A stretch of DNA of 64,000 bases from Sphyrna mokarran. Taxonomy: Eukaryota. Numbering within the stretch: position 1 is the first letter of the stretch; every line of letters begins with the position of its first letter. Of this stretch, positions 1 to 13,387 are shown one piece after another. Below the pieces are notes generated by a model that was not told where the DNA came from, searched no databases, and saw only the letters and a list, made by a program, of their open reading frames with translations. Location: positions 22,878,001-22,942,000 of the forward strand of contig JAGIQG010000017.1 of assembly GCA_024679065.1 (NCBI GenBank), given 5' to 3'. The position numbers and the translations under genes were made by a program.

Positions 1-519
1 AATCATTGACTAACGGTTCAATGTTCCTTGATACTAATTCTACAGCATTTATATATATTCAGCAAGTAGTGAGGATTAAAAACAAAATAACATCAGTTTT
101 GTTCATATCTACAACACTTAAATTAAAAAAATTTTGAAAATTAGAACATTACATCAATCGAATTGTGAAAATATTAAAACTTAAAGCTTACAGAATTAAA
201 CTTAATGAGATCACTCATTTCTGTATTTTAATTCAACCATGAAATCAGTGTGTTTCACATCAAAGGTCAGACCTAACATCCGCTTAAAAATTAAATGAAA
301 TCCAGGTCACACTAGATTTGCCCTGTTATCGCTACAGACAGGACTAAATGGTAACGGCTAAATAATGCCTCATGAACCAATCTATTAAAAATATACATGG
401 CTGATTTTGAAATATTTACTCTGTGAACAAGTAGTTTATTAAATTTCACCAAGGTTAGTCCTGGCAAGTTCTCTCTGCTGAATGTACCCATCATTACAAG
501 CGATCCTCAAAAAAAAAAT

Positions 520-685
520 GAAAGAAACATAAGAAATAGGAACTGGACTAGGCCGTTTGCCCCTTTGAGCCTGCTCCACAATTTAACAAGATCATGACCT
601 CTAAACTCCACTTGCTTGCACTACTGCTATATCCTTAATTTCCTGAATATCCTGAATGTACTGACTTCTCTCTTGAATATACTCA
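520..685 (-). mobile_element. CR1 3' UTR fragment
   Basis: gaaacataagaaatagga...aggccgtttgccc..tgagcctgctcc, a typical CR1 tail in reverse. Confidence 0.65.
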
Positions 686-2569
686 TATTATACAATAGGG
701 CTAGTTGCATTTCTAACTTGTTCAATAAAGTTCTTAGTACTAAATACAAGCATAAAAATTTATTTACCTTAAAAATGCTTTAAAGTACTATTTACAGAAA
801 TCAAAGGGCACCCGTAGAAACACTTACGATCTATGAAACTCTCAATAATTCATCCCACAAAAATTATCTAACAAATCCTGAAGGAAAGTATATTATTTCA
901 CACACACATAGACATATCTGTGCATATTGAAGTTGAAACATTTATGAAATGGTCTGATATTCTCATTGTCTCCTGGTGTGCTATTTGTTCAAATGGACAA
1001 GTATATGTCAAAAATATAAATAAATCTTCGTTGCTGAATCAGAGATATCCAGTGTTCTGCTGCACAACTGTTTTAGACAGATGTAATGAACTAATAAAAT
1101 TACAAAGAGACTGAGAAAGTGAAGACTATCTGAAAATCAAAGGCACTATAAGATAGCTAATGAAGAGGATACCCTTGTTAGCCTGTATTGGTTTCTTCAA
1201 ATCAACTTTTTTTCCCTCAAATTACTCCTCTCACCAGATATTCCAACAATGTCAATACTGTTCAATGCTTGGCTCAGCGGCACATTTGGTATGGGACAAG
1301 AAACTACGTTTAATTAGTTTACCTCTCTCCATGGAGGTATTCTATAACTGAAGCTTTCCAGCCAAAAACCGGTAAAGCTGTTCAGAGGAGGATTAAATTG
1401 CTTTTCTGACCAATAGAAAAACTTTTCTGATTAGTAAAGAAAGTCTTACATTTTAATCCTATTAAATTTTTGCATTTATCTTGACTGTTGAATATATTAG
1501 AAGAAACATTTTATCATAAGTTAATTCTGAATGACAACTATTATTAACTCTTCCCATATCTAACATGTTTATAATTGCCAAATATTTATTACCACTTGAA
1601 CTAATTTGCTCTGCATCCTCTGACATCCTTTTAAACACATGGTGCCAAGAATCAGCCACAACATTCCAGCTGGGGCAAAGCCAGTGTTTATTAAGGATTT
1701 GGTATAATTTTCTTGCTTTTATGCCTCTATCAATTTAAAGGATCTTGTATCACTTTCTTTCACAAAACAGCTTTTTAAACTTATCCTGCCACCATCAAAG
1801 ATTTGTGCAAACACGCCCCAACATACAGTAGCTATTGTACAACCATTTAATGTTATGTTACCAACACTTCTTTATATTATTTTAACAGACTTTGATCTGT
1901 GAAAGAAATGACTTCTTTTCTGAGAACGAAAAGGAAAATTAGCATGGACACATCAGGTTCCTTTGCAATTACAGCTGAAAGTAACTTCTACCTAATGTGG
2001 TTTGCAATGTAAATACATTTTTCATTTTAACAATTTTTGAAACTGATATATTGGATGAATTTTCAAAGAGAAGTCAAGACTTTGCAGCAAATTTTAATAG
2101 AAAACACTTGTTTGGTAGAAGAATATCTAAGCAGACGTACAGTAGTTAAATGTTGTGTGGCTTTGTTCTATTTAAACTCCGAGAACTAAAATGATTAAAA
2201 GCATTTGCAACATTTAACATGAAATTTGAACCAAAGAAATAAACAATAGATTAAATAATACCCCAAATGTTTCTATGTTATCATAAAGAGAATATTTTTT
2301 AATCTTATGATATTTTCTAATGTGACATAATCACAAGTATATCCAGAATCTATAATAGGGAAGAATTTATATTAGGGAACAGGGAAAAGGCAGGTAAACT
2401 GAATGATTAGTTTAAGCTGGATTTTTCACCATCTTGGCCCGACATTGTGTTTTGCTGTGATAAAGGTAGCTCACCATTAGGTTTTCCTAATGCTTGCACT
2501 CTTCACCACTGCAGAATCTGCAGTGGGGCTTGAAAATCCCACCAACAGGAATGGCATGACAGTTTTGGC

Positions 2570-4700
2570 CTTGGTATCTGCAGGGAAAATGCAGGAAATC
2601 TTCCAGATGAAATAATCCAAGGAATTAGGGAGAATGAGGAATTGAAGGAAATTAGCACAAGAAAGAAAGTTGTATTGGAAAAAATAATGGGACTGAAGGT
2701 TGATAAGTCCCTGGGACCTGACATGCATCCTAGATGTTGAAAGAGATTGCTATGGAGATAATGGCTGCAACGGTGAACATTTTCTAAAAATCTATAGAAT
2801 CTGGAATGGTTCCTTAAAATTGAAAGGTAACAAATGTCACATTATTTAAGAAGGGATGAAGAGACAAAACGGGACTACAAACCTGTTAGCTATATATCAA
2901 TAGTAGGGAAAATGGTAGACTCTATTATAAAGGACATGACAAATGGGCACTTGGATAATCATGATTTCATTGGGCATAATCAGCATAGATTGACAAACAG
3001 GAAATTATGTTTGATTAATTTGATAGATTTTTTTTGAGGATGTTGCTAATAAAAGTAAATGAGAGTCGATGGATGTAATATATTTGGATTTTCAGAAAAC
3101 TTTTGTAAAGTCCCTCATAGAGGGTTGATTTGCAAAATAAAAGCATGTGGGATAGGAGATGCTATAGTGGAATGGATTAAGCATTGGTCAACAGGCAGAA
3201 AACAGAGAGTAGGAATAAACAGCTCATTCTCACATTGGTGGGCTGTAGCTGGTGGATACCAAAAGGATCAGTGCTTGGACCCCAGCCATTCACAATATAT
3301 ATCAATGATTTGATGCAGGAACCAAATTTAATGGGTGGGAATCTCCAAAAAAAAAATCTAAGTGTTGCATTCACATAAAAATTGAAGTAAATCCCATTGG
3401 ATTTTTCAGCAGGATTTTCAAAATGAATCTCCTACACTCTGCGCACTGCAGCATGTATTAGCATGAATCTCATTAAAAATCTGTGGGAGGGGCCGGTTCC
3501 CACCACCAAGATCCTCCTCCTTAGCACTGCCTGGACATCAGTGGACAGTGCCAGGAATCTCCCTAGGCATTGCCACTTTGCCCTTTGGGCACTGCCAGGG
3601 CAACAGGCTGGCACTGCTGAACTGATAATGCCCCAGGGGAATCTCCCCTCACCCTCCAACCTTGTGGGGAAGCCTCCATGGACCCTCTTCACTCTGGCAG
3701 GGTCAGGGCACCAGCTCTCTGCAAGTGGGGAGTTATTGTTAACCCCCTGGTGGCAGCAGAGACTCTTGCAGGCTCAGAGACATCATGATATTTAAATGTG
3801 CATTTGAATATATTATACAGCTCCGTGCCAATTTCTGGAATAGAAATGACAGCACTGGAAATTCGGCAGCCAGAGACTTCGGGCATCCAGCAGGAAACAC
3901 ACTACATAGTGTCCACTGGAGTCTCCTGGCTCTTTAAAGAATCAAGCCCTAAATTTTCAAGTTAGCAGAAGATAGAAAGCTAAGCAAGAAGCAAAGTGAC
4001 TAAGAGAGGATTTGAGCAGACTTACTGAGTGGGCAAGAACGTGGCAGATGGAATATTATATGAAAAAACGTGAAGAACTTTGTAGAAGGAACAAATGTGC
4101 AGGGCATTTCCTAAATGATGAGAAATTTAAAAGTTTAGATATACAAAGGGATTTGGATCCATAAGGCATTAAAAACTAATATGAAGGTGCAGTAAACTAT
4201 TTGGAAGGCTAATGGAATGTTAGCCTTTTCTGCAAGGGGATTTGAGTACAGGAGTAGTGACGTCTTGCTTCAACTGTACAGAAGCTAGGTTAGACTGCAC
4301 CTGGATTGGTGTGCGCAGTCTCCCTACCTCAGAAGTATATAAATGCCATTGAGGAAGTGCAATGAAGATTCACCAAACTTGTTCCAAAGATGGTGAGATT
4401 ATCTTACAAAGAGCAATTAGGCAAACTGGGCCTTTGTCCTCTACCATTTCAAAGCACGGGAGATGATTTCGTTGAAATCTAGAAAATACATAAAGGAATA
4501 GACAGGATAGATGCAGAAAACATGGAATCTAAATAACATGGAGTTGAAAACTAGGGGCTCCAATTTCAAAGAAAGGAGGAATTTAGGATTGAGATAAGAA
4601 ATTTCTTTACACGAAGATCGTGAATCTTTGGAATTGTCTATCCAAGGGAACAGTGGAAACTCAGTCATTGGTTATACTTAAGATAGAGGTGTCTTTTTGA
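2570..4700 (+). mobile_element. Decayed CR1 RT, interrupted by a GC-rich non-autonomous element at ~3333-3950
   Basis: DKSLGPD, DYKPVS, KVPHRGL, GSVLGPQPFTIYINDL; resumes after ~3960 with 3' CR1 motifs. Confidence 0.85.
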
Positions 4701-4899
4701 CTGGTGTCGAATTTGGTAAAAGTTTTGTCAGTTGGTTCACCATCCCCAAGAATTGCTGGAGATCTGGAAACAAGTGTGGGGTTGGGAACTCTCCAATAGC
4801 TTTACCTTTTTGGGAATCCATCAGGATATTTTATTGCTGATGACATGGCCAAAGAAGGTATTTATATCCTTCTGAGGTAAGGGGACCAAAACTGCACAT

Positions 4900-7642
4900 A
4901 CCAGTTCACACTCATGTTTTGGAGAACTCAGTTCTCATTCAGTGTCAGTCCTGTTTCCAAAAGGCGCTCTTAGACTATAGTGAAACACTTGCCATATTAC
5001 TCCGGCATTGTACTATGAACCAACATGTTTCCTATCCGCATATCATAATTTGCACGTGGCAGATAACCCCCTTTATATCCTGCAAAATGGTTGAGATAAT
5101 ATATTGAAATACTTCTGGCTCTAAGTGATTCCAAACAGCAGGCATTTAAAGCAAAAATGTTCCAAAAGAGTTTGGCAGCTTCAACCTTCCATCAATGGGA
5201 GATTGCTGAAAGCCATTGTTGACATCCAACTTTGAAAATACCACGTTCTTCAAGATTTTAGTCAGGCTTTTATCCACCAAGGTCATGGGATGTACTGTTG
5301 TGGCTAAAGCTTTGTTGATTTCTGTCAGGTTAATGCAAATATGGGTAGATTTGACAAAGGGTCATCTGGACTTAAAATATCCATTTTTTTTCTCTCCTTA
5401 CAGATGCTGCCAGATCCACTGAGATTGTCCAGCATTTTCTCTTTTGGTTACAGATGAATTTATTTGGTTTTGGGACTGGGACTGCCCTAGAACACCAGGC
5501 AGTTGATTGTATGATTGGGGGAATGACTCCCATGTTTGTCATGTTGTCTAGGTGCTCCTGCACTTGTTTCACAAGTGAGTGGGGAATCTTCTTTGGTGTG
5601 AGTAGGCACACGGGCTTAGGATCCTCATTCAGTATGATCTTGAACATATTTTTCAGTCACCTCAATCTTGTAAAAAGCTTCGCAAACTCACTTTTATACT
5701 TAAAGCCAGGCTCTTATGGTTTGTATCTCAGTCTCACCAGCAGGATGCCTTTACGTTATTGTTCCGTATTGATGTGTCATGGGTGACATCCGTCTTTGGA
5801 TCATCAGCCATGGTTCTCTGTTTAACAGGACCATAACATTATCTCCTTGGTCCAATTTAAAGTTTGTGAGATGACCATTAACTGAAATGTCCACATTCCA
5901 AGAAAAATATCCAGGATCTTTGACCTTATCCAACAAGCACAGCTCTATGTCCTCGTTTTTGGATCTTCTGTGTTTAGATGCTTTGGCCTTGGACAGTTTG
6001 CTGAAGTATCCAATGTGTTACATTGAAAGCACTGGGCTGAAATGCCAGGACATTCATCTCGCATGTCGAGATTCTCACATTCCAATGATGACATAGTCAC
6101 TCTGCTGGTCAGTTATAGTATTGCTTCCCTTGGCTTGGAGTGTCTGTTTCTGTGCTGTTCAATAGAACTGATGGGTTTCCACTGTGCCACAATTTACTTT
6201 CTCCTCTTAAAATGGATCTCTGCTGCACATGAAGTTCAGGCTGCCTAATAATCTGGTAGCTTTCTCATGGATTAGATCTTCCTTTGCTTGCAGCATATCT
6301 GAATTATATCATGTGCTAAGCCTATTTTACTCTATCCCTGATAAGTTCAGATTTTAGATCTCTATATTCACAGCCTTCAGTGCAGATCATTAATGAATGA
6401 GTCAACAGGTTTTCTTGGACACGTTTATTCAGTTGAGCTCCTTCAAGGATTCTGTTATATTTTAAGTTAACATAAACACTGGCTGATTTCAGTACTGCTT
6501 CAAATTTAGCGGATGATTTGTTAATTCCTTGCCTAACAATAACATTATCCACCGTCAAGTAAAGCAGTGTTAACTTATTGAGCTTTTGTCTTATTCTCCA
6601 AGCAATTCTGAACCTAAGAAATCACTTTCTCCAAAGTTTCCAATCATAGGATTGATTTGGGCCTCGAATAAGTCAAATTGAATTGGAAAAGTGGATTTCT
6701 GATTCGTAGTTAAAAATATTTTGAAATGTAGGTTCAGCTTTAACAAGTTTTTGAAATTCAAGATAGCACCACCATTCATTTGAAGACAGGAGGGTTTACC
6801 TGTGCCTGCTGGTTTTGGTGGGCACCTGCTCCAATGGTGTCCGCATTTCGTCTTGGAAACAAAATTGAACAGTGATTGCTTGGACTACTAGCTGCAGACT
6901 TCTCCATTTCAGCTCTTTGCTTTAAGATTGGAAAAGCATTGAATCCTGGCCTTTAATGGGTTTTAAAGCTGGTTTCCTAATAGCAATTATCTTTAATTAA
7001 TTCATTAATTAATTCTCCATCTTTCCTCCTCCTCCCCTCCTCCACCACTTTTCAAGACAAGCTCAGATGCATTGTGATCAGATGCTAGCTCAGAAAACTG
7101 TTTTTCTTTCAATGAAATTTTCAATCAGCAATTTCTGACCACTGAACTATTTACCAGTTTCTTGGGACTTGCTTTATCCAGGAATTTAAAAGTTTTGTCT
7201 CACTTCTGCTATGTCAGCTGATTCCGCACTCTGGGAATTGAAGCTTGACTTCCAAGAGATTTCATGGAGTTTTATGTTGCAATGAGGAAAGTTTTAAATT
7301 TTCAAGTATTTCTCTGGAGCTTTTAATTGGCGATTTTCCTCTGTGTCTGCTTCTTGGGCTTTTCTTCAGGTTAAAATGTTCTTTGAATTTTTCTTTTGTC
7401 TTTCGGGATTTTGGTTTTTCTCTGCAATTTTTGTAAAGCTTTGGGTTTTTCCATTTGTTGTCACCATTTTGTAGGGCATTGGATATCGTCCCGTTGGTCT
7501 CAATGAAGTCCTCATAGTTTTAATTAGGTTAAACTGCATGTAATTATTAACTATAAGAACTATGTATATTAAAGCTTATGTACATGGCTCTGTCCAACAC
7601 TCGAGTGACCCTGAAGTGTTCCATTATGTCACTGTGCACACA
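4900..7642 (-). mobile_element. Decayed Ty3/Gypsy LTR retrotransposon (putative 5' LTR ~7470-7642, PBS, gag, protease, RT)
   Basis: Gag-like W..WRK.FLRFRIA...VNTLLY and CEY.DLKSELIRDR; protease-like VNGH...FKLDQG; RT-like KIPH.L..QV...L..M...GVI.P....T.WCS..VPVPKPN and LLFGI...PEVFQ. TG...CA-bounded block followed by TGGTGACA on minus. Many stops and frameshifts. Confidence 0.8.
5351..5455 (+). repeat. Family-2 short repeat inserted in the Gypsy RT region
   Basis: ttgacaaagggtcatctggacttaaaa...cagatgctgccagatccactgagattgtccagcattttctctttt; homologous to the 7685 copy. Confidence 0.65.
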
Positions 7643-7684
7643 ATATTTACTCAGTTTCATGTTTTCCCTGTATGTGCTCTGACA

Positions 7685-7790
7685 TAGGGTCTGACAAAGG
7701 GTCATCCAGACTTGAAATGGTGGCTCTATTCTCTTTCCATAGATGCTGTCATACCTGCTGAGTTTCTCCAGCATTTTCTGTTTTGTTGCC
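7685..7790 (+). repeat. Family-2 short repeat with decayed hammerhead-like motif
   Basis: CTGACAA-A-GGGTC ATCCA GACTT-GAAA-TGGT-GGCTCT...agatgctgtcatacctgctgagtttctccagcattttctgtttt. Confidence 0.7.
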
Positions 7791-7844
7791 TTATATTAGA
7801 ATATGCATCAGTTAGTTTCAGTTTTCCTTTTACCTGTACCTCAG

Positions 7845-8377
7845 GGCACAGGAGCACAACTAGGTCATTTAAACCTGCTCTGCCATTCAATAAAATCATG
7901 GCTGATGTCTTTGTGGTCTGAATTCTACCTTGTCTTTCCCCCATAAGCTTCGACTTTCTCATCTATCAAAAATCAATCAAACTCACCCTTGATGAAATTC
8001 AATTACACAACTTCCATTGCTTTTTGGCGAAGACAATTCCAAATACAAACATCCCCAAGAGGTTCTTTTCCCATCATTTCTGTCTTAATAGGGAGACCCC
8101 TCTTATTCTTAAACTGTGCCTCACAGATGTTGTCTCCCCTAAGACAAGAAACATCCTCCTGGTATCTCCCCTAACAAGTCCCCTCAGAATCTTTTATGTT
8201 TCAGTGATATTACTCGTATTTCTTCTAAACTTAGGATGTAGGCATATCCTATTCAACCTTTCTTCATAAGATAAACTTTTCATCTCAGGAATAAGTAAGT
8301 GAACCTTCTGTAAACTGCTTCTAATGCAATTATATGTTTTAAAATAAGGAGACAAAACTGTACACAGAACTCCAGAC
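7845..8377 (-). mobile_element. CR1 3' fragment
   Basis: LEFCVQFC...IIALEAVYRRFT, SLSYEERLNR. Confidence 0.75.
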
Positions 8378-8501
8378 ATGGGATGGGATTTTCCACCCTC
8401 TCTACTGGCGGGATCTTCTGGTCCTGCCAATAGCACACTCCTGCGCTACAGGATTCCAGGTGGCAGAGGGTGTGAACAGAAATTTCAGAGCATAAATGGT
8501 G

Positions 8502-8923
8502 TGTCAAGGAAAAAAGTAGCAGAGACTTTGGAGCTTAAAACAGAAGCTGGATCTATGGGGGATGGTGGGTCAGTCTGCGGATTGGCCAGGTTCTGGGAAA
8601 AGTCTAATTGTGACACTATTGTGGAAAAGTTAAGTGAACGATTGGTTAGTGTTTTTCTTATTTATTTCTCAAAACTGTTCAATGCTGTTTTAAGCTCTGA
8701 AGGTGCCACCATTCTCTTCCCTTCCTACATTGTTTTAAGCTCCAAAGTCTCTACCATTCTCTTGTTTCTTGTGCAGCTTTAAGTTTTGAATTAGATATTG
8801 TAAATTGCACTGGGTTACAGTTTATTACTCCCTAATATAAACCTTTCCTACACTTGAATTTGTTACAAAGTCAACGATATTACTTAATACACGCCAAACA
8901 CTTCATAACAGCTTCCTTTGACA
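8502..8923. repeat. TG...CA-bounded element (possible solo LTR) with internal perfect 22-bp inverted repeat
   Basis: Ends tgtcaagg / cctttgaca; 8521-8542 is the exact reverse complement of 8731-8752; a diverged tandem copy begins at ~8686. Confidence 0.45.
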
Positions 8924-10754
8924 ATACAAACAAGAATTCTGAAATACCAAATAATGCTGCTGTGTGCAAGATATAGAGATAAATTAATGTTCAGAAATAA
9001 AAAGCCCTGTCATGGGGTAATCAACAAGAAAGGAACATTTGGTCTTCCAGTCTCTGTGGCATCTTTATTCCTGTTCACATACAGTTAAGATCTTAAATCA
9101 GGGTAGAACGGCTACACAATCTTCAATAGAGACAAATTCCTCCCCATTTCTGTAATTTCAGGAGAAGTGACAACATGCATGTTAACTGCAGGCATTTGGG
9201 GGCCCTCTCCATGTAAATACATAGGTACAAAAGAATGCTATTGACAAGCCTCCTCTACTCACTGCTTGCTCTACCATTTTGATATGCACAACTGTATGCT
9301 ACGGGATTCTCATCAGATAGAGAATAGCTATGTACATATTTCATTTTCAATTGAACTGCACTATACAGCAGAATAGAAACAGCAGTGTTAGAAGAAAAGC
9401 AGGGCGAGAAAACCTAGCAACAGGGCTAGAAAACCTAGCAACAATTTACTTTCTGACAAATCTACATCATTATTAGCTCAAATATTCTATTCACCAAAGA
9501 AAACCTAGCCACCTGAAAAACTATTTTCATATACACTAAAGTGTACTCAATGGAAGCTCACATTCATTGAAAGGTAATGAAAATGCACATTATCCCCACC
9601 AAACTCATTTTAATGATCATGTTTTTTACAACTCCAACATTGTAATTCTAAAAACATTTATTATGTAACATATAGAAATTGACTAGGTCTGCTGATTCAC
9701 TAAAAACTTAACCATAAGCTTAATTATATTTTACAAATCTATTAGACAACTATTTCTTTGAACAGACTTTTCTCCTTTTTGGACATATGCCACAAGTTCC
9801 ACTTGAACTTCTCTATGTGGTTTTACTTGGTATTGTTGATATGTTTAAGGGTTAATGCATGTTTGAACACAGTAAACCACAAGGCATCTGTAAATGCACT
9901 GGGCATATTATCTTTTGTAAGCGTAGGCCCTCAGTGAACAAGTTAAAGTGGTCCATAGCAGAAATAATGGAGGCAGTGAAAGCGTTAGAGTTACATAAGC
10001 TTTCTGAGTAAGTTCTTTTTCTATTTCTGCTCTTCTGGGTGATATCCAACCTTGGCCCTTATTATTCGTGCTTCCAACCTTGGCTTTTACTATTCCTTTG
10101 TTCTTTATTGACTCTGCAATTTGTATTTATCTCTATTTGCATTGGGCATAACTTTTTTCATTATTCTAATTTCTATCAGAAGCATTTTTATATCCTCTTT
10201 CCAATCAAGTGACTGTCCATCTTACTGTAGGCATTAATAAAGGAATCAGTATCTATATTATATATATATGAAGAAATCAGAAAGCCATACAAAGAGATTT
10301 TGAGAGATCATTATAAGTGAGAAAGAACTGATTAAAAACTGAATGCAGGCTGCAATAGAAAAGCAATTGCACATGAAAACTGATGAAACTCAGGTATGGT
10401 TCACAGAGAAAAAAAAGAAAATGTACAGAGTGTGTGTAACACAAGACATTTATTGTCTACATAACACTACTCAACGAGAAGAAACTTGTTAACAATTTCA
10501 TAAGCTAGTATTATAAAGAATTTTGATAGGAATTCCCCCACCCCCCCACCTCCCGCCTCATGCAGCATGTTTCTTGGCCATGGGAGATGGCCCGCTTTTG
10601 GCAGGTGGTGGGATCTTCTGGTCCTGGTGTGGGATTTTCCATTGAAACCACCTCTCACCGCCAAGAAACATGCGGCAGGGATTTGCTGTTAGCAGGACCG
10701 GACAATCTCACCCTTTATTTCTCTAACATGCTTAAAAGGACGTAGCAATCTTAC

Positions 10755-10884
10755 CACTGGTGCCAAAAGCTAGATCCCATGGTGAACTGATTGGTTGTTC
10801 CACTCCTATCTTACCACCTTCTTGGTCAGTTCCCTGTACTCCTGTTCCTGCTATTGTGCTCACCTTTTTTGTCATAAGGTCAAT
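10755..10884 (-). CDS. NHLRC2: NHLRC2 coding exon 5 (130 nt), NHL repeat; absent from ORF track
   Basis: Manual translation: acceptor ttcttgcttag|, [44 protein letters not shown], donor GTG|GTAAGA. Exon 6 (WIAMAG.HQIW motif) was not found in 1-10754, so the gene presumably continues left of the window. Confidence 0.96.
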
Positions 10885-10989
10885 CTAAGCAAGAAAATGA
10901 ATAGTGTCTGTCAAATTAATTTATATAATGAATATATAAACAAACTAAACAGAACAACTGACGACCTTCAATTGTGGTTATATGAACTC

Positions 10990-11800
10990 TTCACTGCTGA
11001 CCTTTCTGGTGGATTTAGAATTAGGGGAAATGATTCTTTTTTAAAAAATATTCCTGATTGCCATTCGTATAACTATGGGTGCATTTCAGGCATATCTATA
11101 AGGATTGGGAATGGGTCCAGTATTGTAGCACAGGCAAGCCAACTGTTCACGTGCTGGTTGTTCAGCCATTGTAATGAGTCTGGAAAGTCTACCGGCCCCT
11201 TTGAGGTATGCTACTTTCTTTATGTCCAGATGAAGACTTCCAGTTGAGATCAATTGCTATTGGCAAGGAGGCTAACGTATCTCCTTTCCCTCAGCATACT
11301 ATCTACCAGGATTTAATTCTTAGACTGAGGATTTTTCCAACCTGGAAATTCCCATCTCCAGCTACATGTTTTTTGACACAGTGACTCATGTCTGTACTAA
11401 ATTGAGGATCTGCCGAAACAGGTTTGGAGGAAATTCTTGTAAGCCAAAGTCCAATGTGTGGATCCCAGGCCTAATTTGTGTGGTAATTTGTAAAATAGGA
11501 TGAATTTAAAAATGAAAATGCAGATTGCTCAGGAAATATTTAAACAGATGGATTTTAAAACAAAATTAATTTCTTCAATAGACTGAAAAAATTGTAGGCA
11601 ACAAATTTTATTATTTGACAAAATAAACTGAGGATAATTTGGCTTTCTATTAGTTTGTCCTTCCCTTCTCTCCTTTGCTTCCTTCCTGAGATATGACTTG
11701 CATAGAAACTGGCTGTCCTCTGATACCTCACATACAGAACCATTCTTCATGACTGAATCTAATCAGAATTTTTTGCAGACTGTTTATCCATGGAGCCTGT
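10990..11800 (-). mobile_element. Possible ancient L1/Tx1-like RT fragment
   Basis: Weak motifs on minus in the expected order: PWINSL...SVMKNG, GIRGQPVS, LGIH, then GPVDFPD; heavily decayed. Confidence 0.35.
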
Positions 11801-11823
11801 TCAGTCCTTCCTTCACATTTACA

Positions 11824-11880
11824 CATGATGTGGAGATGCTGGTATTGGATTGGATAAACATAGTAAGAAATCTCACAACT
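11824..11880 (-). mobile_element. PLE tail/terminus fragment
   Basis: atgtggagatgctggtattggattggataaacatagtaagaaatctcacaac matches the tail at 54921 and 57980. Confidence 0.7.
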
Positions 11881-11939
11881 TCACAACTGTGAAAGGAATG
11901 GAACACTATTGATGAAACTTTGAGATTTAAGGAACAATG

Positions 11940-12285
11940 TTTTTTTTATTCATGGGACATAAGTGTCTCCAACTGGCCAGCATTTATTGCCCATTTCAAG
12001 TTGCCCTTGGAGGGCAGTTGAGAGTCACCCACATTGCTGTGGCTCTGGAGTCACATGTAGGCCAGACCAGGTAAGGACAGCAGATTTCTTACCCTAAAGG
12101 ACATTAGCGAATCAGATGGATTTTTCCGACAATTGACAATAGTTTCATGATTATCAGTAGATTCCTAATTTCAGATTTTTTATTGAATTCAAATCTCACC
12201 ATCTGCCAAACCCAGGTCCTCAGAATACTAGTTGAGGTTCTGGATTAATAGTCTGATGATAATACCACTACAGCCATCACCTCTC
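11940..12285 (-). mobile_element. tRNA-derived SINE of another family with LINE-derived tail
   Basis: Minus strand ggtgatggctgtagtggta head and ...gggcaataaatgctggcc tail ending in poly(A); related fragment at ~38890-39050 (+). Confidence 0.6.
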
Positions 12286-13265
12286 CTAAGATGTTGCCTA
12301 GGTGGGCCTTGCTGATTAACTCAGTGCTGGGATCGCTTAGCAGAGTGGAACAATTTTTGAAGGACATTTAAAGATTCAACCTAGTTTGGCAGGGAGAAGT
12401 AAGGTGTAGCTTGCGGCTTAATCTTGTAGTGTTACCCATTTGCCAATAGTTTAGGGCATAATAAAAGGAGTTGAGGAATGAACCGAATTGATTTAATTAG
12501 TTAATGCAGAGGTACCTGTTCTTCAATTTGGTGTATTAGTTATCTATTTCTGTTGGCCACTAGGAAATTCATCTCACTTAAAAGTTACTGGTCACCACAA
12601 GTACTGTAACAATTCCTAGATGTTCCGAGTCTAGAGGTTTTAACTAGTTACTTTCTTAAGCTGAACAATACTTGGAATTGCAAAGAATCTTTACTCCTTT
12701 AAAAGTGGCCTCTTGCACATCCCTGATTTAATTGCTCCACCATGCCTTCACCTGCCTAAACCCTAAGCACACAAATTCCATCTCCAAACCTCGCCACCAA
12801 TCTCTCCTTCTTCACTCGAAACTGTCCTCTTTGACCAAACCTTGGTTCTCCTGGTCTCATATCTGTGACTGGTCAAATTTTGTTTGGCATTCCACTGCTA
12901 AATGCTTTGGGATGTTTATTAATGCAAGTTAATATACTTCAATACATACCAATGAGTTATTTTTAGGTTAAAAACCAAGACTGTTGAAATGTATATTAGT
13001 TTATCTAGTATAAATGTATAGGACTTGAGGTAATACATTTTACTTTTTCTTAACTAGATAGGATGTTATATTTTTTATGTTATTAAAATGGACTAATAAA
13101 AATAAGGCATTAGAAATAATCCATAAACTACCAATATAAGCTTTTAATATGAAGTTTTAGAATAAATGAGAGAAATGAATATTAAATACTTCATTGAAGC
13201 AAGACTACTGTACATAAACTATGAGCTACAGCACAAACAATTTATTATTACTGATTCGTTTTTAC

Positions 13266-13387
13266 CTTTCTTATTGCATGGTTCTCAGTATCTGCTACAT
13301 AGATGATATTATCCTTCATCACTACCCCTTGAGGAGAATTAAAACTGGCTTCAAAAATGCTGCCATCTTTCCATCCACTCTTTGGTC
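13266..13387 (-). CDS. NHLRC2: NHLRC2 coding exon 4 (122 nt), NHL repeat; absent from ORF track
   Basis: Manual translation: acceptor ttttttaatccag|, (G)[40 protein letters not shown], donor AAG|GTAAAA; phase 1 to 0 fits neighbouring exons. Confidence 0.96.

Noticed and set aside
9400-9441. 21-bp tandem duplication cagggcNagaaaacctagcaa (similar short duplications near 10027/10075 and 49420/49446)
   Set aside because: Only two units with no spacers; ordinary slippage duplication, not an array or CRISPR-like structure.
1-10754. NHLRC2 exon 6
   Set aside because: Scanned by eye for WIAMAG.HQIW on the minus strand without a match; could have been missed but likely lies outside the window.
10795-11247. 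150-aa plus-strand ORF
   Set aside because: Antisense to NHLRC2 exon 5 and decayed LINE sequence; no homology recognised.
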